A stretch of 52,663 nt of DNA from a virus. Lineage: Duplodnaviria; Caudoviricetes. Below are positions 19,849-27,800 of the stretch, in pieces. The notes beneath the pieces were generated by a model. That model was not told the DNA's origin. It saw only the letters and a program-made list of their open reading frames with translations, and ran no database searches. Each line of letters begins with the position of its first letter. Positions within the stretch are counted from its first letter, which is position 1. Location of the stretch: IMG/VR virus record IMGVR_UViG_3300033153_003470, positions 1 to 52,663 of that record. One strand, 5' to 3'. The translations under genes were made by a program, and so were the position numbers.

Positions 19849-21483
19849 ATGGCGCTTACAGTAACTGAAAACCTAACCCTTGTATCGGCTTGTGATTCTA
19901 TAACAGGCTGGTCTGGCGGTACCCGTCTTGAATTAGATACCGATGTAAAAATTCAGAACACAGGCTGTCTTGCGCAATGGATTGACGCCATGCTATCACC
20001 CTTGTGTTCGTATGCTATTTCAAGCACCGATATGTCCAATGGTGAACACGTCTATGTTTGGATGTACTGCTCTGGTGTTGTTGAAACGCAAGCGAATGGT
20101 GGTTATAGAATTTATGCTTCTGACGGAACCAATGATTCGACGTGGTATGTTGGCGGCAACGATACGCATGGCTCTGGCTGGCAGTTAATGGTTGTTTCAT
20201 TAGATGCAACTCCCGATATCGCTAACGGAACTTTGAATACTGCTGCAATAACTTCTGTAGGGGTTTACTTCAACACGATAACGGATGCTGTTCAGAAAGG
20301 TCAGACTTTTATAATGAACTGCTTCTTTGATGTTGTTCGTTATGGCACAGGGCTAACGATTACATCTGGTGTATCTGATGCAATAACTATGGAAGATATT
20401 TACGATGTAGATAATGCTTCCGCTAATAAGTTTGGTGTTATTCAAAAGAGTGCCGGTGCTTATGTTCTTAATGGCGGCTTGGTTTTTGGCAACACAGGCT
20501 CAGATAGCGTGGATGCTGTTATTGATGGTGAAGTATTACTTTACCCCGATAACCCTTATGTCGGCACTTCGTTTAATACGATACAAGCACTCGGTAATTC
20601 TACAGGCGAAACCAACTTGGATATAAGTGGTTCGTTTATTAAAGCAAATAATGTACCCCTGATATTCGAGGTTGATAACACTGATGTTGATGTAGTAAGT
20701 GTTGTTGGCAGTACGATTATTAATGCAAGCGCAGTATCTTTTGCTGATGGCCAAACGTGTGAAGCGAATGTATTTACAGATATAGATTTAACCGATATTG
20801 ATAACTCACCTTTGAATTGTACTTGGAATGCGTCTGGGCTAATAGCGCTCACAGTTAATGGCGTAATGGATGCAGGTAATATTTTTAATTCAACAGGCGC
20901 GGTTAGCGTATCAGGTGATAATTTATCCGATGTAGATGGAAGCACTTTTTTATCAGACGGCTCTAATCACGCATTTGAGTTAAATACTTATGTTGCATCT
21001 ATGACATGGGATGCGCTTACTACGGGCTATGAAACTGGCGCTACAGGTTCGCCAGTTACACCAACATCAACAGGCAATGAAGACATTTATATTAATTGCA
21101 CCTCATCTTCCGATATAACTATTAATGTGGCATCTGGTGCAACCATTCCTTCCATAAGGAAAGGTGCAAGTTTTACAGGTGATGTGAACGTAGTTGCCGG
21201 ACAAGTCCCAGTAACCGTTATTGTAGAAGACATAAATGGCGATCCCATAGAGGATGCCAGGGTAAGATTGTTTGATACTGCAACTAAAGCAGTCATATAC
21301 ATTAGTGATGAAGTTGATGTGGATGGGGAAGTAACCACAAACGTAACATACTCAACAGACGTTCCCGTAAGTGGGTGGGTCAGGCAAATGGATACCATAG
21401 GCACTGAATATGTACCTAAAGATATAAGCGGTACAATAGGAAGCGCGGGTTTATTATTAACAGTAGTTTTAGAAGAACTTTAA
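19849..21483 (+). CDS. Beta-rich putative structural or adhesin-like protein with a C-terminal carboxypeptidase-regulatory-like (Ig-like) domain
   Basis: Ser/Thr/Gly/Asn-rich; C-terminal VTVIVEDINGDPIEDARVRL motif. Confidence 0.55.
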   Translation: MALTVTENLTLVSACDSITGWSGGTRLELDTDVKIQNTGCLAQWIDAMLSPLCSYAISSTDMSNGEHVYVWMYCSGVVETQANGGYRIYASDGTNDSTWYVGGNDTHGSGWQLMVVSLDATPDIANGTLNTAAITSVGVYFNTITDAVQKGQTFIMNCFFDVVRYGTGLTITSGVSDAITMEDIYDVDNASANKFGVIQKSAGAYVLNGGLVFGNTGSDSVDAVIDGEVLLYPDNPYVGTSFNTIQALGNSTGETNLDISGSFIKANNVPLIFEVDNTDVDVVSVVGSTIINASAVSFADGQTCEANVFTDIDLTDIDNSPLNCTWNASGLIALTVNGVMDAGNIFNSTGAVSVSGDNLSDVDGSTFLSDGSNHAFELNTYVASMTWDALTTGYETGATGSPVTPTSTGNEDIYINCTSSSDITINVASGATIPSIRKGASFTGDVNVVAGQVPVTVIVEDINGDPIEDARVRLFDTATKAVIYISDEVDVDGEVTTNVTYSTDVPVSGWVRQMDTIGTEYVPKDISGTIGSAGLLLTVVLEEL

Positions 21484-21501
21484 TTTAAGGGGCAATACAA
21501 A

Positions 21502-23238
21502 ATGGCAATTTATGATACTGATGCTGACAGTTCAACAGCGATAACCGCATGGTTAGCACAATATAAAGTTGCTGCTAGTGGTGCAATTACTCACGCAACA
21601 GGAACGCATACCTTCCATGTTAAATGGATTAATCGCGCACTCCAAAAGTTAGCGTGGGATTTTATTATTTCAGGCGATGATGAGATTAATTTATCATTTC
21701 CTAACCCATCAAAAGAAGAAGCACTTGGTAAGATTGTTACCTTGTTCGACCACACTGCTGATTACAGTGTTAATTACACTGTTACTGATACGGTAATGGA
21801 GCAGCATTTTGGTGGCTCAGTATCACAGAATAATGGTGAGGATATTTATTACGGCGTTATCGTTTATGGTAGTAACTCAACACCTATCCCGTTAAAGATT
21901 ATTCAGAACGAAGTTGAATTAACTTCGCACTGGAGCACAGGTAAAAACCAAACAGCTTCTAATATTTTGTTGCGCGTCATGGTTAAAGGTCGTGATGCAG
22001 ATGCGGATATTGATAACTTACTTATCAATGTTAAAGCAAGTACATGGTTAGAGACTTACGCAATTTGGGAAACTGGTTTAGCGTTAGGTGAGTCTGTTGC
22101 ATCTATCATCACAGAAGATGATCCACAAAACACCAGCGACCAAGGTACTGTAGAAGCGTATGGTATTTCCAAGTCAGAAGGTTATAACTTGCTTGACCTT
22201 GATGGTAACGGTAACAAGCCGTTCTTAGGTGAATGGTCTTACTCACCACAGGCAACTAAAAAACACCTATATGAATTTGTTAAAGCAATCTTAGTCGATG
22301 GAACAACTAACACGCTCTATGGCGTTGATGGTGATTTATGGACCGGTCGTTTATATGATTGTTCTATTACTTCTGGTGCAGGTACTCATGCACAAAACGA
22401 AACATGCTCATGGGGTACAGGCGCAACAGCTGGCAACGGTAATTTAGTAGGCGTAGATAATACAGCGGGTGGTTCTACTACACGTTATATCTTACATCTT
22501 GGCGCGGGTGTTGCTCCGGTTGATGGCTTAACCATTACAGGTCTTGGTGGCGGAACGGCAGTTCTTGATGCGGATAGCGTTAAGTTATCTACAAGCCCTA
22601 ACCATTTAGCCCAGTTTACCGGCGCGTGGATTGGTGCTCTTGGTATCGGTTTCGATTCTAACGAAATTGGCTCAGTGGATTCATTTAAGGACTTGGATGG
22701 TAACTCTGTTACACCACCAAACAATGTGCCTGTATCTGGAACGATTGAAGCCTTGGATAGCGGCGATGATTTGCACGTATTCCTTGCACCTTCAACAGCC
22801 GGCGTAATTGATAAAGCGGTTTATACCTGCGTAGGTGAAAGTGTTTCTTCTGCTGAAATTCGAGTCAATGAAGATATTGCAGCGGATACACCTCAAACTG
22901 GTTGGTTCGGCGTTCTTAAAGATGGTACGACCACTTATAAATTCTATGAGTATGATTCATGGGATGGTGGTACCGATACATTCAGCTTGGTTGGTACGAT
23001 TGCTGATGACCCTATTGTAGCAAGTGATCCTGGCTTCCATGCTATTTTTTATGACTCAATGACAGGCGGCGGTACTACCAAGACGGCTTCTAACTCACTG
23101 GTATATAGCGTTGGAATTGAAGTGCGCGGCTGGGTACGTCATGGCGATGCTTCGGGCGTTGATAAGATTATTCCTATCGCCGGTAACATTGGTTCAGGTG
23201 GCTTTAGCTTCTCAGGTAACATGGAAGCAGAAGTATAA
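21502..23238 (+). CDS. Beta-rich putative structural protein
   Basis: 578 aa, acidic and Gly/Thr-rich; SD aagggg; C-terminus (GWVR.G...I.G.IGS.G) resembles that of the preceding gene. Confidence 0.55.
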   Translation: MAIYDTDADSSTAITAWLAQYKVAASGAITHATGTHTFHVKWINRALQKLAWDFIISGDDEINLSFPNPSKEEALGKIVTLFDHTADYSVNYTVTDTVMEQHFGGSVSQNNGEDIYYGVIVYGSNSTPIPLKIIQNEVELTSHWSTGKNQTASNILLRVMVKGRDADADIDNLLINVKASTWLETYAIWETGLALGESVASIITEDDPQNTSDQGTVEAYGISKSEGYNLLDLDGNGNKPFLGEWSYSPQATKKHLYEFVKAILVDGTTNTLYGVDGDLWTGRLYDCSITSGAGTHAQNETCSWGTGATAGNGNLVGVDNTAGGSTTRYILHLGAGVAPVDGLTITGLGGGTAVLDADSVKLSTSPNHLAQFTGAWIGALGIGFDSNEIGSVDSFKDLDGNSVTPPNNVPVSGTIEALDSGDDLHVFLAPSTAGVIDKAVYTCVGESVSSAEIRVNEDIAADTPQTGWFGVLKDGTTTYKFYEYDSWDGGTDTFSLVGTIADDPIVASDPGFHAIFYDSMTGGGTTKTASNSLVYSVGIEVRGWVRHGDASGVDKIIPIAGNIGSGGFSFSGNMEAEV

Positions 23239-23242
23239 GTGA

Positions 23243-24544
23243 ATGGCTTATTCCGTTGACTGGATAACAAAGATAGTAACGATACCGGTTTCAGATTTAG
23301 AATTAGTTTCTGGGACTCGGTATCGACTACCTATGGCTGACTTTCTTGATGAGTGCCGCAGATTAGAGTGGGCGTTTATCGAAGGACTGTGGGCTCCGCC
23401 TATACTTGATCATACTAATGCTAAGCTTGATTTTGCTGGCGCTGATTACGCGGGCTTCGATAAAATCATAAACGGCTACACTATTACTTTCTCAGCTCCG
23501 GCAACACGGGTAGATCTGCTTGGTTCAAATAACAATATTATCGATGTACTTAATGACGCCGGTATTTCTGTTGTTCCAAGCAACTCTGCAGGTCTGCAGT
23601 TAATTTCAACCGGATCAGGCTTGAGCTCTGAACAAGATCACAAGCTTTCTGAGATACATGGCCACACAGAGCAGCGTGTTTATATCAATACTGAGCTGGT
23701 CCCTGTTGGTGACGGTTATCAGCAAACACCATTCAATAACTTCAATGACGCAGTAGATCACGCTGAAAGCGACGGAATTAGACGATTAACAATATCCGCT
23801 GACGCTGATGTTCCAGTAGGGCGCTCATTAAAGAACTTTGATGTTGAGGGTGTTGGCGCACCAAAAATTGATCTGAATGGTCAAGCAATGGATGGAACCA
23901 GATTCTACGGGTGCACATTAACGGGATCTTACACAGGATTCTTAATTGGCGAGATGGGTCATCTATCTGATCTTTCCGGTATCAATGGTGCCTTCAAATG
24001 CGTTAAAGCAGAAGGGGTTCTAACTATCGGCACGCATGCGAAAGTATGGAGTATCGCCTCTGGTATAACTAATGTTCCTTACACCATTGATATGAATGGC
24101 GCCACTGAAGCCAAGGCAACATTGTCAGACGCTTATGACGGCATAATAATCCAGAATGCAGGCCATGCTGATGACGTACTGCATATTCATGGCGGTAATG
24201 GCGAGATAACAATAAACAGCTCTTGCACCTTGGGTAACATTCATATTTCAGGCGACTGGAAAATAACCAATAACGCGAACGGCACAACCGTAGTTTATAA
24301 CGGCGTACAAATTGATCCAGATCAAGTTTGGGACCATGTTGACGCACAATTCTTAATCGGCATTGTTAAGAACTTAAAAGAAGTTAAGAAAATATCAGCA
24401 AGCTGGTATCTGATTATCTACGCTGTTGGCGAAGGATCGGGCGGAACAGAAATACTTCGCAAGAAGCTAACCGATTCAGCTGGTGCAGATATCACTGATT
24501 TAGCGGCTGGAACACTGGCCAAAGAGTTAGAGAACAGTGTTTAA
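23243..24544 (+). CDS. Putative structural protein with a beta-helix-like region
   Basis: 433 aa; GDGYQQTPFNNFNDAV resembles the GDG...P...I..A lead-in of beta-helix proteins. Confidence 0.5.
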   Translation: MAYSVDWITKIVTIPVSDLELVSGTRYRLPMADFLDECRRLEWAFIEGLWAPPILDHTNAKLDFAGADYAGFDKIINGYTITFSAPATRVDLLGSNNNIIDVLNDAGISVVPSNSAGLQLISTGSGLSSEQDHKLSEIHGHTEQRVYINTELVPVGDGYQQTPFNNFNDAVDHAESDGIRRLTISADADVPVGRSLKNFDVEGVGAPKIDLNGQAMDGTRFYGCTLTGSYTGFLIGEMGHLSDLSGINGAFKCVKAEGVLTIGTHAKVWSIASGITNVPYTIDMNGATEAKATLSDAYDGIIIQNAGHADDVLHIHGGNGEITINSSCTLGNIHISGDWKITNNANGTTVVYNGVQIDPDQVWDHVDAQFLIGIVKNLKEVKKISASWYLIIYAVGEGSGGTEILRKKLTDSAGADITDLAAGTLAKELENSV

Positions 24545-24812
24545 CCTGCAGCCAGGGCAAGGCTTGGGCCTTACAGGCAGTAAAGAGATCGCGCTTGGCC
24601 TTGGTTATGTTGCTGGCGACTACGTGCCTCCAGTCGAACCACCAATACCTAAGCCTGAAATACCTAGTTCTGGCGGGGGTGGTCGATACGATCCTGGCTA
24701 TACTCGTCAGCGCGAGGATGCTTTAAAAGAAACTCGAAGAAGGCGTATACTTCAGGAAGACGACGATATTACGGCAGTCATAATGGCTATGGTTACTAAG
24801 GATTTATTATAA
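24537..24812 (+). CDS. Small hypothetical protein (SGGGG linker, RR.ILQEDDDI C-terminus)
   Basis: GTG start overlapping the previous gene; TAATG-coupled to polyvalent protein 2. Confidence 0.55.
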   Translation: MFNLQPGQGLGLTGSKEIALGLGYVAGDYVPPVEPPIPKPEIPSSGGGGRYDPGYTRQREDALKETRRRRILQEDDDITAVIMAMVTKDLL

Positions 24813-27800
24813 TGTCACTCAAGAAATGTATCAAAGCAACCACCAACCTGAATGATGCTGATGTCGAAAGTGTTACCGATTCCTTTGACACATACAGCGA
24901 GCGTATGGACCAAGATGTAGCGGCAAAGCTTGCTATCGATGACACTATTGCATCGCTCGAACAAGAGCGGGCAGAATATCTTGAGTTGTTCGATGAAACC
25001 TACCCAGAAGCCAGAAAGCCAGTAGAGAAACCAAAAAGCAGAGTGCAGTCTTTTGACTCGGACACTGAAACCGGTGAAGCCGTGCGCACCATGAAGGGCA
25101 AGCAATCTGGCTGGGGCCTCAAAGAGCACTATAAAAACGCGCACGATAATCAGGTCTTATTAAACGAAGTAGCTGAAAGCATCACCACAGTAACCAGCGC
25201 TAATTACATTCACGCACCAAAAGAATTTGCACAATCTGAAGCTGGCGAAAAAACCAAGAAATCAGCCAGAAGAAAAATTAACGAGAAGTACCGCGGCGAC
25301 GGATCAAATATGACCGATATCGTTCGCGGCACCTTTACCGTTAAATCCCCAAAAGATGTGGCGGTTATTACTGCGAGACTTGGCGAACAATTTGATGGTG
25401 TGGACGAAGGCTGGGCAATGACTTCAACCGGATACTTTGATCGCAAGATATTGATCCAGTTCGACGGTGGACAGATAGGTGAGATCCAGCTGGTAGCGCC
25501 CAACACGCTTAATGCAAAAGAAAATCTAGGGATGCACGACGTATATGACGATTGGCGCAAAACGCTCACGCCAAGCAAGAAGACTGGGAGCTTGGTAATT
25601 AAGCCAGGTATGGAATTTTTATCAAGTCTCGAAAAAAATACTATGTCACGGTTCTACGCCGAAGCAATTGGTGCAGAGGCTGACACAGCATGGCGCGATG
25701 TTTATGCAGATGTAGCGCGCTCTAGTTTGTCTACCCAAGATTCAAGCGAGCTCATTGAGATGAGTTTAGCGTCATCGATAACCACATCTACATCTTCAGA
25801 GGCCCAAGCTCCATCACGGAAAACAGCTGCGGCCACTTCTTTTTCTGGTGTTTCAAAAAGCACGGTAGGCTCGTATTCATACGAAAGCGAGCGAACTATT
25901 CTGCCTAGTGGAAAATCCATTATTGACTCCTATATTAAAAGCTTACCTAAAACCGCGATAAGAGGCGGCGTGAGGTTAGATCTACGCAGCGGAAAAGACG
26001 ATATCCAGACTGGCGATTTCATACAGCATACACCACCAGCAGAGCAGTCGCCAAAAAAATCACTTACTGTTGAAAGCTTAACTGGCATAACGAAGAGCTT
26101 ACAGCGCGACTTCCACGGAACCAGAGAGCTGCATTTCCATATATTTGAGACACAGGCTGAAGCGTTTGGTTCAAATTCTGTGAAAGAAAACGGCGTATTG
26201 AAGGGCGGGTTCTATGCCGGCACCAATGAAGTTGTCATGATCGCCGAGAACATCAAAGACGTGAACGAAGCAATAACCGTGATGCGGCATGAGGTTGTGG
26301 GCCACTTCGGTTTGCGCAAGCTGTTAAACGGTAAAGGCGAATATGATGCCTTACTGGTGCGCGTTTATGATTCGCGTACTGGCGAGCTAAAGGATCTGTA
26401 TGATTGGGTTGCGAAAATATACCCAGATCTTATTGTTAAAAATGATATTCGTGCAATTGCTGACGAGATGTTGGCGCGAGCAGCTGAAACAAAAACAAAA
26501 TCTAACCTGCTCACTAAAATTTATGATGAGATTATTAAGCTGCTGAATAAAATCGGCTTAGTAATGGACACGATTAGCCATAGTGAAGTTGATTCACTTG
26601 TTCGCTCAAGTGAAATGCTATTAAGAAAAAACATTATCAGTCAGTCTTACGGCAATCTTGTGTGGTCAGATAAAGCAGATGGCGTGAGAGAGCAGGCGCA
26701 ATTCGATCTGTTTACACCAGAAGGCTTGCCAGCAGAAGTTGCGCGCAGCCAGGTAACGGATAATTTTAATATCAAGTACAAGCAGGTTGAAGTAGGAAAA
26801 TTAAAAGTCGGATTGACTACGGTTACTAGCCCAGAAGAAGCGGCGCACGTACTGGCGCCAATTCGTAAGCATGGCCAAGAAACAATGATGGCCGTCGTAT
26901 TAGATAAGAATAAAAAAATACTACACGTTATTCGCCACACGAAAGGTGTGAAGGATGGAGCAAGCGTAAGCCCAGTAGAATTAGCTGCGGCAATTGGCGC
27001 AACAGAAAAAGCTGCGAGCGTATGGATTGGCCATAATCACCCTTCGGGCCAAGCGATACCGTCGAGTGCAGATAGAACAATAACCGGTAGAGTAAAAGAT
27101 GCGCTTGACGGTTCTGGCATTGAGTTGAAGGGACATATAGTTCTTGGCAAGGGCGCCGCTGCATACAGCATGGACGGTAACGGCGATCTAATGGGCGAAA
27201 TTAAAGCAAAGCCTCTTGTCAGAAAATCTGCAGCGCCTGTTACTGAGCGCATGATCCGTAAAAACAAAATGGAAGACGCCCCCACGATTACCAACACTAA
27301 AACCGCAAAAGAATTTATTAGAAATGAAGCCACAAAGAACGGCGTTATTTTAATGAATACCCAGCATTATGTGATCGGCGTTTTATCTATGTCACCACAT
27401 GAAATGAAAAACCTGCGTGACGGTAAGCAGATCCCGAGAATACTAAAAGCAATAGATGAAACAAATACCAGTGCGGTTATTGTTGTTACCGAAGATAAGA
27501 ACGCGGCACACAATCTTAATACTTATTTTATGCGGCTTGGCGACTTAAACAGATTGGATACGTTTGTTCGTGACGGCGCCAGCATTATAAGTTTGGAAGA
27601 AAGAGGTGAGGCGTCGGGTTCGTATGGCGCAGTGTTTCATCGCAAAGAAGATCAGGTTGACGGGGGCCGTAGAGTCTTCGACTCTAATGATCCTAATATT
27701 TTATTCAATCGTGCAGCCGACACTATTAATGATGCGCCCACTGACGGCAACTTAGGTATGCCAGATGAAACCGTGAAAGATCGTTGGTTGCGCGGGCTGC

